Assembly: GCA_965215565.1 (NCBI GenBank)
Contig: CBDCDZ010000004.1
Location: 4,000,001 to 4,064,000 of the forward strand
Direction of reading: 5' to 3'
Origin: Trueperaceae bacterium
Lineage (GTDB): Bacteria > Deinococcota > Deinococci > Deinococcales > Trueperaceae
DNA: 64,000 nt
A model generated the notes under the pieces. It searched no databases. It was not told where the DNA came from and saw nothing but the letters and a program-made list of their open reading frames with translations. Within the stretch, counting starts at the first letter, position 1. Each line of letters opens with the position of its first letter. Both the position numbers and the translations under genes were made by a program. Shown piece after piece: positions 48,906 to 59,263 of this stretch.

Positions 48906-49676
48906 ATGCTCTTAGCCGTAGATACGGGCAACACCAGCACCGTCTTAGGTCTCTTCGACGGGGAAGACCTCGTCGCGCACTGGCGCGTGCCCACGAACCG
49001 GATGCGCATGGCGGACCAGTACGCGATTTTACTCAAGAACCTGCTCGAGCTAGATGATTGCCCCCCGCCCGAGCGCGCCGTCATCTCGTCGGTTGCCCCG
49101 CCCGTCGAACGTGAACTCTCTACCGCGCTCAAACAGTACTGGGGAGTTGAGAGCGTGTTCGTCTCGAGCGCCGCGCTCTCGGGTCTCCTCAAAGTCGAGA
49201 CCGACAACCCTAAAGAGGTCGGCGCAGACCGCCTGGTCAACGCAGTCGCCGCGCTGACCTACGACGCTCATGTCCTGCTCGTCGTGGACTTCGGCACGGC
49301 GACGAACTTCGACCTCATCGTGAAACCGAATAGGCTTTTAGGCGTCGCGCTCGCGCCGGGTCCGATGATCGCCGCCGACGCGCTCTTCGCGCGCACAGCC
49401 AAGCTGCCCCGCGTGGACCTGGAAGCCCCGCCGAGTGTGATTGGCAAGAATACCGTCACCGCCCTTCAATCCGGGCTCGTCTTCGGTTACGCGGCGATGG
49501 TGGACGGGATGGTGAAGCGCTTTAGAGGTGAAGTCGAAGCGGAACACGGTCAGCCCTTCGTGGTGGCGACGGGCGGCTTTGCCAACGTGGTCGAAGGGCA
49601 CTGCCAAGAGGTGGACGCTTACGACACGCTGTTGACCCTAAAGGGGTTGCGGATCATCGCCGAGCGTTTGGGTTAA
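48906..49676 (+). CDS. coaX: Type III pantothenate kinase
   Basis: LAVDTGNT, GADR, VDFGTA, ATGG, TLKGL; leaderless TATACT box. Confidence 0.95.
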   Translation: MLLAVDTGNTSTVLGLFDGEDLVAHWRVPTNRMRMADQYAILLKNLLELDDCPPPERAVISSVAPPVERELSTALKQYWGVESVFVSSAALSGLLKVETDNPKEVGADRLVNAVAALTYDAHVLLVVDFGTATNFDLIVKPNRLLGVALAPGPMIAADALFARTAKLPRVDLEAPPSVIGKNTVTALQSGLVFGYAAMVDGMVKRFRGEVEAEHGQPFVVATGGFANVVEGHCQEVDAYDTLLTLKGLRIIAERLG

Positions 49677-49706
49677 GTTTCTCGTGCAATTCTCTTGCGG
49701 GGCTTC

Positions 49707-49735
49707 GTGGGGGCGGATTTCAAACCCGTCCCTAC
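49707..49735. repeat. GTAG-type REP-like palindrome
   Basis: GTGGGGGCGGATTTCAAACCCGTCCCTAC. Confidence 0.6.
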
Positions 49736-49769
49736 ACGTTACGGCGTTCTCTGCACCTCTTGGTTGCAC

Positions 49770-49898
49770 TGATACCCTTTCCGGTTAATTCCTAAAAGAA
49801 TTAACCCGAGCGTGGCGAGCATAAACAGCTACGGATTCCGGTGAATAACGGAAAAATGCGTTCGCATTTTGTAGTGGATTCACCCGGAATCCGTATGA
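49770..49898 (-). repeat. Repeat family 2, copy 2
   Basis: Inverted homolog of 32029-32157 with TACGGATTCCG/CGGAATCCGTA stems. Confidence 0.85.
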
Positions 49899-49912
49899 CC
49901 CATGAACCGCTC

Positions 49913-50398
49913 TTAGCGCAGCCCGAACAACGCCTCATCTAAGTCAAGCCTGACGCCCGCCGAGAGGTCGAACGCCTGTTTGAGTTCAGGTAGCAACAAG
50001 GGGCGGTGCGTATAGACGAACGACAGCGCGATTCCTTGGGTGAGGTCGTAGCTGAGCCCGGCGCTGAGCGCCACCCCAAAGCTGTCCACCGCGTAGGTCA
50101 AGCCGGCTCCGAGGTGCGCCTCGAAGCCGTACAGCGCGTTCTCTTCGGGCAAAAAGGTGAACCAGCCGCCCGCGTCGAGGAGGACGCCGCCGCCCCACGC
50201 CGCCGCCGCGTAAAGACCCGAGCTGCTCAGCGGCGCGTCGGTGAGAGGGTACGTCCCCCGCAGCCCACCCTTAACGCTGAGGTCGTAGGTGTTCGTCACC
50301 CTGTTCTCGTCGTAGCCGAGACCGCCTTCTAACCATACCGACTGGGCGAGAGCTGTCTGGAGGACTATAGCGGCGGTCAAGATGAAGAGGTAGCGCAT
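49913..50398 (-). CDS. Hypothetical secreted small beta-barrel-like protein
   Basis: Signal peptide ALA-Q, alternating beta-strand pattern (HLGAGLTY, SAGLSYDL); leaderless TACACT box. Confidence 0.65.
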   Translation of the reverse strand: MRYLFILTAAIVLQTALAQSVWLEGGLGYDENRVTNTYDLSVKGGLRGTYPLTDAPLSSSGLYAAAAWGGGVLLDAGGWFTFLPEENALYGFEAHLGAGLTYAVDSFGVALSAGLSYDLTQGIALSFVYTHRPLLLPELKQAFDLSAGVRLDLDEALFGLR

Positions 50399-50438
50399 CG
50401 GCTCAGTGTACCTAAAGCGTCCCCGGTTAAGATGAGGC

Positions 50439-52142
50439 ATGGAGATCACAAAAAAACAACTCGCCGCGCAGCTCAGCGAGGTGGCGAAGCTCTTAGAGGT
50501 CCTAGCCGAAGAGCCTCACCGCGCCAAAACATACGCGAACGCGGCGCGGCAGGTGGAGAACTATGAGGGCGACTTCTCGCACCTCTTCGAAAGGGGCAAG
50601 CTCACCCAAATTCGCGGCGTCGGTCAGGGGCTCGCCGCCGAAATCATGACCCTAAAAGAGCGCGAAACTCTGCCCGTTTTAGACGAGCTTCGCGGGCGCG
50701 TGCCCGAAGGCGTACGGGGCCTCTTTGTGGTGTCGGGCTTGGGCGCGAAGAAAATCAGCCTGCTGTGGCAAAATGGTATTGCCAACTTGGACGAACTCGC
50801 CCTAGCGAGCCGTGACGGGCGCGTGGCGTCCCTAAAAGGGTTCGGTAAGAAGAGCGCCGAATCTATTTTAAGCGCGGCGGAGTTCGCGTTAGAGGCAAAG
50901 AAGCGGATGCGCTTAGACGTGGCTGAGGCGTACGCAGCGGCGCTCCAAGAGGTCATAAGCGCCGCGCTGCCGAGCGCTAAACTCACCTTTGCAGGTAGCT
51001 TGCGCCGCAGTTTGGAGACGGTGGGTGACTTAGACGTCATCGTTACAGACGTGAGTTTTGAAGAGGTTATGAGCGTTTTAGAGCCGTTCGTGGGCGATCT
51101 GGAAACGAATCCGCCCTATCTCGAGGCGGACTTTGAAGGGCGGAGGCTCGAGCTAACCGTCACTCAAGAAGACACTTTAGGCGCAGCTTTAGCCGTGCAA
51201 ACAGGCAGCAAAGCGTTCGTGGAGATGTTGAAAGAAAAGGCTGAGGAAAGAGGTTACACTCTATCTTCCAAAGGTCTTTTCAAAGAGGATGAGTTCATTC
51301 CTACACCCGAAGAACACACAGTATTTGAACACTTAGATATTTCCTATATTTCACCCGAACGACGCGAAGGCGTCCAGACCTCTTCACCGGATAACCTCAT
51401 TTCACTAGACGCCATGCGCGGCGTGATTCACAACCACTCGACGTGGTCGGACGGGGCGTCGTCTCTTCGGGAGATGGTGGCGGCGGCGCGAGACTTAGGC
51501 TACAGCTACTTGGCGATGGCGGACCACTCGAGGACCTCTTACTACGCCAACGGCTTGAGCGTCAAGCGGGTCGAGCAGCAGTCGGCGGAGATTGCAAAGA
51601 TTCAGCAAGAACTTATAGATGAGGGCAGCGACTTTAGAGTGTTGCACGGCGTCGAAGTGGACATTATGTCAGATGGCAAACTCGACTATCCCGACGAGGT
51701 CTTGGCGACGCTCGACTACACCGTGATCAGCGTCCACCAAAACTTCACCCTGAGCGAAGCTAAACAAACAGAGCGCATTGTGAACGCGGTACATAACCCT
51801 TACGCCACCATCCTCGCCCACCCCACCGGACGCCTCTTGCTGCGCAGACCGGGCTACGCGGTGGATTTGCAAGAGGTCATCGAAGCGTGCGCAGAAACTA
51901 AGACTGTCGTCGAAATCAACGCCAACACGCGGCGGCTTGACCTCGACTGGCACTGGGTCATCAAGGCGAAGCGCTTAGGCTGCACCTTTTCCATCGATCC
52001 CGACGCGCATCATACGAGCGGCTATGACGACGTGCGTTACGGCGTGATGATGGCGCGCAAAGCGGGCTTAACAGAAGACGACGTAGTCAATACTGCGCCG
52101 ACTGCGGAGGACTTTCTCTCGAGGCTCAAACTGAGGCTGTGA
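50439..52142 (+). CDS. polX: DNA polymerase X / PHP 3'-5' exonuclease
   Basis: HhH motifs, GSLRR..ETVGDLD, PHP HNHSTWSDG, DHS, AHPTGR, DAH. Confidence 0.93.
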   Translation: MEITKKQLAAQLSEVAKLLEVLAEEPHRAKTYANAARQVENYEGDFSHLFERGKLTQIRGVGQGLAAEIMTLKERETLPVLDELRGRVPEGVRGLFVVSGLGAKKISLLWQNGIANLDELALASRDGRVASLKGFGKKSAESILSAAEFALEAKKRMRLDVAEAYAAALQEVISAALPSAKLTFAGSLRRSLETVGDLDVIVTDVSFEEVMSVLEPFVGDLETNPPYLEADFEGRRLELTVTQEDTLGAALAVQTGSKAFVEMLKEKAEERGYTLSSKGLFKEDEFIPTPEEHTVFEHLDISYISPERREGVQTSSPDNLISLDAMRGVIHNHSTWSDGASSLREMVAAARDLGYSYLAMADHSRTSYYANGLSVKRVEQQSAEIAKIQQELIDEGSDFRVLHGVEVDIMSDGKLDYPDEVLATLDYTVISVHQNFTLSEAKQTERIVNAVHNPYATILAHPTGRLLLRRPGYAVDLQEVIEACAETKTVVEINANTRRLDLDWHWVIKAKRLGCTFSIDPDAHHTSGYDDVRYGVMMARKAGLTEDDVVNTAPTAEDFLSRLKLRL

Positions 52143-52146
52143 GTTT

Positions 52147-53172
52147 GTGATCACCATTTACAGCGAAGACCACAGACTTCAAAGAGGTCAAGTTGAATTG
52201 ATTGACGGGGAGTTTCGTCCTTGTGTCGAAAAACCCGAACGCGCCGAGATAATTTTGCAGAGCGTGCAAGAGGTTGGCTTGGGAGAGGTCCTCCCACCGG
52301 AGGATTTCGGCTTAGCGCCGATTCTCCGCGTTCACGATTCGGCGTTCGTTACCTTTTTGCAGACAGCCTACAGCGAATGGTCTGAATCGTTTGGCGAGCG
52401 CGACGCCCTACCTCTTAACTGGGCAGTACGTGGTTTTACCCCCAAAATTCCGAGAACAGTTGAAGGCAAGCTGAGCTATTACTCCTTCGACGCGGCGACG
52501 CCAATTACAACAGGGACTTGGCAGGCGGCAACCTCTTCGGTGAACGTCGCGCTGACGGCGCAAAAGCTCGTTTCAAGAGGTGAGCGCGCCGCCTTTGCCC
52601 TCTGCCGCCCACCTGGACACCACGCGGCGGCGGACCTCTACGGCGGTTACTGCTTTCTCAACAACGCGGGGGTTGCAGCGCAAGCCTTCGCGGATGAGGG
52701 GAAGCGCGTCGCCCTTTTAGACGTGGATTACCATCACGGTAACGGCACACAGTCCATTTTTTATGACAGGAGTGACATTTTTTACATCTCGCTTCACGCG
52801 GACCCCGCTTACGAATACCCGTACTTTTCCGGCTACGCCGACGAGCGCGGGGTGGGGGAGGGCGCGGGCTTCAACCTCAACTTGCCGCTTCCGCTCAAGA
52901 CGGGCTGGCAAGGCTACGAAAAGGCGCTGCAAACTACTTTTGCGCGGATTCGAGATTTTGCGCCGGACGCGCTGCTCGTATCGCTCGGGGTGGATAGTTT
53001 CGTGGATGACCCTATCTCGAGCTTCACCTTGCAGCGGGAAGATTTCTCGAAGCTGGGGGCGCATTTGGCGAGCCTCGAGTTACCAACACTCTTTGTCATG
53101 GAGGGCGGTTACGCGGTAGAAGCGTTGGGAAAGAACGTCACGAACGTACTTACCAGCTTCGAGAGCAGGTGA
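52147..53172 (+). CDS. Histone deacetylase family, acetylpolyamine amidohydrolase-like
   Basis: RPPGHHA, GYCFLNN, DVDYHHGNGTQ, EGGY. Confidence 0.9.
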   Translation: MITIYSEDHRLQRGQVELIDGEFRPCVEKPERAEIILQSVQEVGLGEVLPPEDFGLAPILRVHDSAFVTFLQTAYSEWSESFGERDALPLNWAVRGFTPKIPRTVEGKLSYYSFDAATPITTGTWQAATSSVNVALTAQKLVSRGERAAFALCRPPGHHAAADLYGGYCFLNNAGVAAQAFADEGKRVALLDVDYHHGNGTQSIFYDRSDIFYISLHADPAYEYPYFSGYADERGVGEGAGFNLNLPLPLKTGWQGYEKALQTTFARIRDFAPDALLVSLGVDSFVDDPISSFTLQREDFSKLGAHLASLELPTLFVMEGGYAVEALGKNVTNVLTSFESR

Positions 53173-53228
53173 AAAAAGGCTCGAGCCCGCCATTCGAAAA
53201 ACCGCTATAAAATTTGTCTCTATCCTTG

Positions 53229-53258
53229 TTGACACCTCTTAAAAGAGCGTGCTAGGCT
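53229..53258 (+). promoter_or_regulatory. Sigma70-type promoter of the tRNA-tuf operon
   Basis: TTGACA-18bp-TAGGCT. Confidence 0.65.
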
Positions 53259-53297
53259 GTCAATTCGGGCATCGGTAAGTGACCGCTGCTTGAACGT

Positions 53298-53370
53298 GCC
53301 ACCCTAGCTCAATTGGCAGAGCACTCGATTTGTAATCGAAAGGTTGTCGGTTCGATTCCGATGGGTGGCT
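53298..53370 (+). tRNA. tRNA-Thr(TGT)
   Basis: GCCACCC/GGGTGGC acceptor stem, anticodon loop TT-TGT-AA, GTTCGATTC; no encoded CCA. Confidence 0.93.
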
Positions 53371-53509
53371 TGAACAGCCCTGAGCAGGGCGTATCACGCC
53401 GTTACGAACGCTCACGTATCTATAACTAGATGCGGCCTGCTGCTCAGGGTGTCTCAGAGCGCTCACGTTGTATACATTTCTGCTCTGAGTTAAGCAACAA
53501 CTGGTGCGT

Positions 53510-53594
53510 GGGTCGGTGCCCGAGTGGTTAAAGGGGACGGACTGTAAATCCGTTGGCTACGCCTACGATGGTTCAAATCCATCCCGGCCCACCA
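53510..53594 (+). tRNA. tRNA-Tyr(GTA)
   Basis: CT-GTA-AA loop, long variable arm, ACCA end. Confidence 0.95.
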
Positions 53595-53817
53595 GGAAGG
53601 TCTTATGGTTTCGCTGCATCTACCTTAATGATGTGGTGAAGCTCGAGGACAAGCAGGCAGAAGGTATCAACAGGTTTTAGATGCCCTTTCAGGTTTCACT
53701 GACAGCGTCTATTGCTGGATGATACCCACCTCAGCAGGAAAAAGGTATTGTCTGTTGATAGAGGATACCTCTCTGGTAAAAGCGTGGTAGCGTTTATTGA
53801 TTGATGTTACCACTCGT

Positions 53818-53890
<73 letters not shown>

Positions 53891-53993
53891 TGAAAAACAG
53901 GTCCGCTTTTCGGATTGGGCTTTGCCCGTCCGAAGCGAGCGGAGCGAGTAACCTTGGTTAAGGTGCAGCCTGTTTTCAGAAAGGTTCGAGTAG

Positions 53994-54068
<75 letters not shown>

Positions 54069-54184
54069 ACTTAGAACCCAAACCTTTAAGAAGTCAGACC
54101 CGAGAAAAGGGATACTGGCTAGATTTTGACTGTCAGAACCTTATAGATAGAAGTATCTAGGAGAGACAGGAGAGGAACGGAAAG

Positions 54185-55402
54185 ATGGCCAAAGCGACCT
54201 TCAACAGAACGAAGCCACACGTAAACATAGGGACCGTGGGGCACGTGGACCACGGCAAGACGACTCTAACAGCCGCGATCACCTTTACAGCGGCTGCTGC
54301 AGACCCCACCGTCGAGACCCTCAGCTACGACATGATCGACAAAGCTCCGGAAGAGAAGGCTAGGGGCATCACCATCAACACCTCGCACGTGGAGTACCAA
54401 ACGAAAGAACGCCACTACTCGCACGTGGACTGCCCCGGACACGCCGACTACGTCAAGAACATGATCACAGGCGCAGCGCAGATGGACGGCGCAATCTTGG
54501 TGGTTTCGGCAGCGGATGGTCCCATGCCGCAAACGAGAGAACATATCCTCTTGGCGCGTCAGGTTGGCGTCCCCTACATCGTCGTGTTCATGAACAAGAC
54601 CGACATGGTGGACGACGAAGAGTTGTTAGAACTCGTCGAGATGGAAGTGCGTGAACTCTTGGATTCCTACGAATTCCCCGGCGACGACACCCCCATCGTG
54701 GCAGGCTCGGCACTTAAAGCTTTAGAAGCCCTAGGCGAAAACCCCAATACCCAAAGAGGCGAGAACGAGTGGGTGGATAAGATATGGGACCTCTTGGACG
54801 CCGTGGACTCCTACATCCCCACGCCCGAACGCGACGTGGATAAGCCTTTCTTGATGCCCGTCGAAGACGTCTTTACCATCACGGGACGTGGCACGGTTGC
54901 CACGGGTAGAGTCGAGCGCGGACAAGTCAAAACGGGCGAAGAGATTGCCATCGTGGGTCTTACCGACACCCGCAAGAGCGTTGTCACCGGCGTGGAGATG
55001 CACCGTAAGACGTTGGACTCGGGTATCGCGGGCGATAACGTGGGTGTCCTCTTGCGCGGCGTGCAGCGTGACGACATCGAACGCGGGCAAGTTTTAGCGA
55101 AACCGAACACCATCACCCCGCATACGGGCTTCAAGGGTTCGGTGTACATCCTCAAGAAAGAAGAAGGGGGACGCCACTCTGCGTTCTTCACGGGCTACCG
55201 TCCGCAGTTCTACTTCCGCACCACCGATGTTACAGGCGTGTGCACCTTGCCTGACGGAGTAGAGATGGTGATGCCTGGGGACAACGTGGAACTTGATGTG
55301 GACCTCATCAAGCCGATTGCGATGGAGGAGGGCTTGCGCTTCGCCATTCGTGAAGGGGGCAGAACCGTGGGTGCAGGCGTCGTGACTGAGGTGACAAAGT
55401 AA
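54185..55402 (+). CDS. tuf: Elongation factor Tu
   Basis: [22 protein letters not shown]. Confidence 0.99.
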   Translation: MAKATFNRTKPHVNIGTVGHVDHGKTTLTAAITFTAAAADPTVETLSYDMIDKAPEEKARGITINTSHVEYQTKERHYSHVDCPGHADYVKNMITGAAQMDGAILVVSAADGPMPQTREHILLARQVGVPYIVVFMNKTDMVDDEELLELVEMEVRELLDSYEFPGDDTPIVAGSALKALEALGENPNTQRGENEWVDKIWDLLDAVDSYIPTPERDVDKPFLMPVEDVFTITGRGTVATGRVERGQVKTGEEIAIVGLTDTRKSVVTGVEMHRKTLDSGIAGDNVGVLLRGVQRDDIERGQVLAKPNTITPHTGFKGSVYILKKEEGGRHSAFFTGYRPQFYFRTTDVTGVCTLPDGVEMVMPGDNVELDVDLIKPIAMEEGLRFAIREGGRTVGAGVVTEVTK

Positions 55403-55478
55403 ATTAGAGAATCTGAGGGAGCGCAGCTTATGCCGTGTCTCTCTCTTCTCGTTTTAGCAGGCTATAGGAGATTAAGCA

Positions 55479-55643
55479 ATGGCGAGCGATGTAAGAATCA
55501 AGCTGCTGCTCGAGTGCCAAGAGTGCAAGCGCCGCAACTACACGACGAACAAGAACCGGCGCAACACCCAGGCGAAGCTCGAGCTGCGCAAATACTGTCC
55601 CTGGGACCGCAAGCACACCCAGCACCGCGAAGTTAAGGTGTAA
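55479..55643 (+). CDS. rpmG: 50S ribosomal protein L33
   Basis: Manual translation [26 protein letters not shown]...[24 protein letters not shown]. Confidence 0.95.
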   Translation: MASDVRIKLLLECQECKRRNYTTNKNRRNTQAKLELRKYCPWDRKHTQHREVKV

Positions 55644-55645
55644 GT

Positions 55646-55825
55646 GTGAATAGGGTTCTCAAGTATTTAAGGAACTCCCGCGCGGAACTCGGGCGCGTCA
55701 CCTGGCCCACCCGCGACGAAGTCGTTCAATCCACCCAAGCGACTCTAATCTTCGTGCTCGTTACGGCGATTTTCTTGCTCGCAGTGGACACGGTGTTCGG
55801 CAACCTCATCAACTTCGTGATCTAG
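55646..55825 (+). CDS. secE: Preprotein translocase subunit SecE
   Basis: Manual translation ...YLRNSRAELGRVTWPTR... plus one TM segment. Confidence 0.92.
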   Translation: MNRVLKYLRNSRAELGRVTWPTRDEVVQSTQATLIFVLVTAIFLLAVDTVFGNLINFVI

Positions 55826-55883
55826 TTTAGGACGTGACGTTTATGTCTAGCCACAGGGCACAGCTTATCCGCGGGGTCCGCGC

Positions 55884-56441
55884 ATGAGTATCGAATGGTA
55901 CGCCGTTCATACTTACGTTGGTCACGAGGAAAAGGTGCGCACGAACATGATGCAGCGTGCGAGGTCGCTCGGCATGGCGGATATGGTCTATCAGGTCATC
56001 GTTCCGTCAGAGGAGACTGTCGAGCACGCCGGCGGCGGCAAGAAAGAGGTCGTCAAGCGCAAGCTCTTTCCCGGTTATGTGTTCGTACAGATGGATTTAG
56101 GTGACAACCTAGACGAGCCCAACGAAGCATGGGAAGTCGTGCGCAACACGCCTGGTGTGACGGGCTTTGTCGGTACGGCGACGCGGGCGGTTCCTCTGAC
56201 TCAAGAGGAAGAAGCGCGGATGCTCGGCACGCTCGGCATCTCTGAGACGAAAGAGACGCCTAAAGTCCGTATCAGCTTCAACGTCGGTGAGATGGTGCAA
56301 GTCACCTCGGGACCGTTCGCGGACTTTACGGGCGTTGTCTCCGAACTCAACCCGGAGCGCGGCAAGGTCAAGGTTTTGGTCTCCATCTTCGGACGTGAGA
56401 CGCCGGTCGAACTCGATTTTTCGCAGGTTATAAAGAACTAG
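55884..56441 (+). CDS. nusG: Transcription termination/antitermination factor
   Basis: [25 protein letters not shown]. Confidence 0.98.
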   Translation: MSIEWYAVHTYVGHEEKVRTNMMQRARSLGMADMVYQVIVPSEETVEHAGGGKKEVVKRKLFPGYVFVQMDLGDNLDEPNEAWEVVRNTPGVTGFVGTATRAVPLTQEEEARMLGTLGISETKETPKVRISFNVGEMVQVTSGPFADFTGVVSELNPERGKVKVLVSIFGRETPVELDFSQVIKN

Positions 56442-56544
56442 CAGGTATCAAGATCAGTCTCGCTTGCGCTCGGAACTGGTCAACAACGCGCTCACTCGCG
56501 AAGGCATAGAATTCGTGCGCACGTTGTGATTGGTGACATCTGCA
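56439..56544 (+). repeat. Repeat family 1, degenerate copy overlapping the nusG stop
   Basis: TAGCAGGTATCA begins at the TAG stop; CTGGTCA..CGCGCTCACT..GCGCACG..TGACATCTGC. Confidence 0.55.
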
Positions 56545-56634
56545 AGAATCAAGAACTAGCTATTGAAGCGACTAAGTAGTCGATAGCGCTAGAACCCCGG
56601 AGGCGCGACCTCTTGGGGGAGCTAAGGAGGAAGT

Positions 56635-57075
56635 ATGGCAAAGAAAGTTGCTGGTATGGTCAAGCTCCAGCTACCCGCTGGCGGCGCGACCCCTGCCCCA
56701 CCCGTCGGACCTGCACTGGGTCAGTACGGCGCGAATATCATGGGCTTCGTCAAGGAATATAACGCGGCAACCGCCTCACAAGCGGGCGCGATTATTCCGG
56801 TGGAAATCACCATCTTCGCGGACCGTTCGTTCACCTTCATCACCAAGACGCCGCCCGCGAGTTACCTGATTCGTCAAGCGGCTGGCATCCCTAAAGGTTC
56901 AGGTGTGCCGAACAAAGAGAAAGTCGGCAAGCTCACCTGGGACCAGTGCTTGGAGATCGGGCGCGACAAGATGAAAGACTTGAACGCCGCCTCCGAAGAA
57001 GCCGCTGCGAAGGTCATCGCAGGCACGGCGCGTTCGATGGGCGTCACGGTGGAAGGAGCGCCCGTCAATGGCTAA
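56635..57075 (+). CDS. rplK: 50S ribosomal protein L11
   Basis: [19 protein letters not shown]. Confidence 0.98.
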   Translation: MAKKVAGMVKLQLPAGGATPAPPVGPALGQYGANIMGFVKEYNAATASQAGAIIPVEITIFADRSFTFITKTPPASYLIRQAAGIPKGSGVPNKEKVGKLTWDQCLEIGRDKMKDLNAASEEAAAKVIAGTARSMGVTVEGAPVNG

Positions 57076-57751
57076 GCACGGTAAGAGGTATCGGAGTTTA
57101 CTCGAGAAAGTAGACCGCAAAAAGGTCTACGCCCCCGACGAAGCCGCCTCCTTGGTCAAAGAACTCGCCACGGCGAAGTTCGACGAGACGGTCGAGGCGC
57201 ACGTCCGCTTAGGCATCGACCCCCGCAAGTCTGACCAGACGGTACGCGGCACCGTCGCCCTCCCGCACGGCACAGGGCGAGAGGTTCGCGTCCTCGCGCT
57301 GACGCAAGGCGACAAAGTCCAAGACGCCGAAGCTGCGGGTGCGGACTTCGTTGGCGGCGACGATATGATTCAGCGCATCCAAGAGGGTTGGCTGGACTTC
57401 GACGCGGTCGTCGCTACACCCGATATGATGGCGGCTGTCGGCAGCAAGCTCGGGCGCGTCTTAGGACCGCGTGGTCTGCTCCCGAACCCCAAGTCGGGCA
57501 CAGTCGGGCAGAACATCGGCGAAATCGTCAAGGCGCTCAAAGCGGGTCAGATCGAATTCCGCAACGACAAAACAGGCGTCGTGCACGCCCCAATCGGCAA
57601 AGCGAGCTTCGATGCGGCGAAACTTATGGAGAACTTGAGCGCGTTCCGTGCAGCGGTGGAAGCTGCAAAGCCGGACACTGCAAAAGGTCTCTACATCCGC
57701 ACGGTCTATCTCACCTCGACGATGGGACCGAGCGTTCAGGTGAACGCTTAG
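57068..57751 (+). CDS. rplA: 50S ribosomal protein L1
   Basis: [26 protein letters not shown]. Confidence 0.98.
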   Translation: MAKHGKRYRSLLEKVDRKKVYAPDEAASLVKELATAKFDETVEAHVRLGIDPRKSDQTVRGTVALPHGTGREVRVLALTQGDKVQDAEAAGADFVGGDDMIQRIQEGWLDFDAVVATPDMMAAVGSKLGRVLGPRGLLPNPKSGTVGQNIGEIVKALKAGQIEFRNDKTGVVHAPIGKASFDAAKLMENLSAFRAAVEAAKPDTAKGLYIRTVYLTSTMGPSVQVNA

Positions 57752-57854
57752 GAGGTATCATCTCGTTTCGGATGAGATGAATCTCTTCTGATTTCAGCAT
57801 CTCGGTGCGAAGCGGGCGGGAACGCTGCGGCGTTTTCACCCATGTACCTTACTG

Positions 57855-57907
57855 GCGTTGAAGATAGCAGGGGCTCAGCCAGGAGCTTAAACATCCTGCC
57901 GAGGCGC
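57855..57907 (+). ncRNA. Ribosomal protein L10 leader (autoregulatory RNA core)
   Basis: GAAGATAGCAGG...TTAAACATCCTGCCGAGG matches the L10-leader pattern, upstream of rplJ. Confidence 0.8.
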
Positions 57908-58094
57908 TAAGCATCGTCCGCAAGGATTATGTTTAGTACAGCTTCGCGGTTGACGTGGAGATAGTTTTGTGGCGGTGTTGCACAGAACAACTCTCAAAAG
58001 TGTAAAGAGCGTATCCTCGAGCGCACGAAATCTCAGAGCTTGACTCGCGGATTTCTTCCCAAACGAGATGATACCTCTCTAGGAAAGGCCCTCT

Positions 58095-58625
58095 ATGGCA
58101 AACCCCAGAAACACGGAGTCGGTCGAAGAGTTGCGCGGGTTACTCGCGGACGCTGTGACCTTCTTCCTCGTGGACTACCAGGGACTTTCTGCGGAACAAA
58201 TCGGCGCGTTGCGTGCAAAGGTGCGCAATGCGGGCGGCAGGCTTTTAGTCGCGAAAAACACCCTCATCAACGTTGTCCTGAAAGAACAGGGCATCGAGGG
58301 CTTTGGCGAAAAGCTGAGCGGTCCGACGGCGTTAGTCCTCATTGACGAAGACCCGGTGCAGCCTGTCAAGGCGCTCACCGACTTCGCGGACGACAACCCG
58401 AAAGACCTACCCACGCCTAAGGGTGGGCTCTTGCAAGGCAACATGGTAGAGGCGGAAGCGTTTGTTAAAATCGCTAAGCTGCCCACCCGCGACGAACTCC
58501 TCAGCGAGCTTGTCGGCGTCTTGCAAGCGCCTATGCAGCAGCTTGTCGGCGTGTTGCAAGCCCCCCCGCAGAACTTGGTATCCGTACTCAACAACTACTC
58601 AGAGAAACTCAAGGAGGAGCAGTAA
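58095..58625 (+). CDS. rplJ: 50S ribosomal protein L10
   Basis: DYQGL, KNTL, GPTA, KGG, LPTRDEL. Confidence 0.97.
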   Translation: MANPRNTESVEELRGLLADAVTFFLVDYQGLSAEQIGALRAKVRNAGGRLLVAKNTLINVVLKEQGIEGFGEKLSGPTALVLIDEDPVQPVKALTDFADDNPKDLPTPKGGLLQGNMVEAEAFVKIAKLPTRDELLSELVGVLQAPMQQLVGVLQAPPQNLVSVLNNYSEKLKEEQ

Positions 58626-59008
58626 TGGCATTTGATAAAGAAGCGATGATGGAGCAGCTCAGCGGCTTGACCGTGTTGGAGCTTGTAGATTTAGTCGAAG
58701 GTTTGAAAGACAAGTGGGGCGTCGAAGCCGCCGCCGCGATGCCCGCCGGTATGATGATGCCGCAAGGTGGTGGCGAAGCTGCCGCCGCCGCCGAGGAGCA
58801 GACCGAATTCACCGTGACGATTAAGAGCCCCGGTGACAAGAAGCTCAACGTCATTAAGGAGGTCCGCGCGATTACGAGCTTGGGTCTTAAAGAAGCCAAA
58901 GAACTCGTCGAGTCGGGCGGTACGGTTAAAGAGGACATCTCGAAAGAGGAAGCCGACGAGATCAGAGGCAAGCTCGAGGCAGCAGGCGCAACCGTCGAAG
59001 TCAAGTAA
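58625..59008 (+). CDS. rplL: 50S ribosomal protein L7/L12
   Basis: [28 protein letters not shown]. Confidence 0.98.
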   Translation: MAFDKEAMMEQLSGLTVLELVDLVEGLKDKWGVEAAAAMPAGMMMPQGGGEAAAAAEEQTEFTVTIKSPGDKKLNVIKEVRAITSLGLKEAKELVESGGTVKEDISKEEADEIRGKLEAAGATVEVK

Positions 59009-59010
59009 GG

Positions 59011-59093
59011 TAGCAGGTATCATCTGGTCACCAACGCTCTCAGTAGGAAAGCTACTGATGAGCACGCACATTAAAGGATGATACTTGCTGCTA
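59011..59093 (+). repeat. Repeat family 1, short variant
   Basis: TAGCAGGTATCATCTGGTCA...AGCACGCAC...GATGATACTTGCT. Confidence 0.85.
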
Positions 59094-59106
59094 AGCACCA
59101 GATGCA

Positions 59107-59145
59107 GTCAAGGTGAGCCAGTAAGTTGGCTTACCTTGACCTCTT
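59107..59145 (+). terminator. Hairpin or attenuator between rplL and rpoB
   Basis: GTCAAGGTGAGCCA...TGGCTTACCTTGAC followed by CTCTT. Confidence 0.6.
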
Positions 59146-59183
59146 CTATCTCAATATATGCTAGACTATTGAATTGGACTGGG

Positions 59184-59263
59184 CGCAGGTCTCATCTAGT
59201 TAGAGCAAGTCTCACGTTGTATCTCGAGCGCTGAGCCCTCACGCGCGGAAGATGAGACCTGCG
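59184..59263. repeat. Repeat family 1 variant
   Basis: Perfect 14-bp IR CGCAGGTCTCATCT / AGATGAGACCTGCG. Confidence 0.65.

Noticed and set aside
50399..50438. DdrO/RDRM radiation-response motif before polX
   Set aside because: No 17-bp TTnTG..CAnAA-like palindrome was seen here or noticed elsewhere
55403..55650. tRNA-Trp near rpmG-secE
   Set aside because: No cloverleaf; secE begins 2 bp after the rpmG stop
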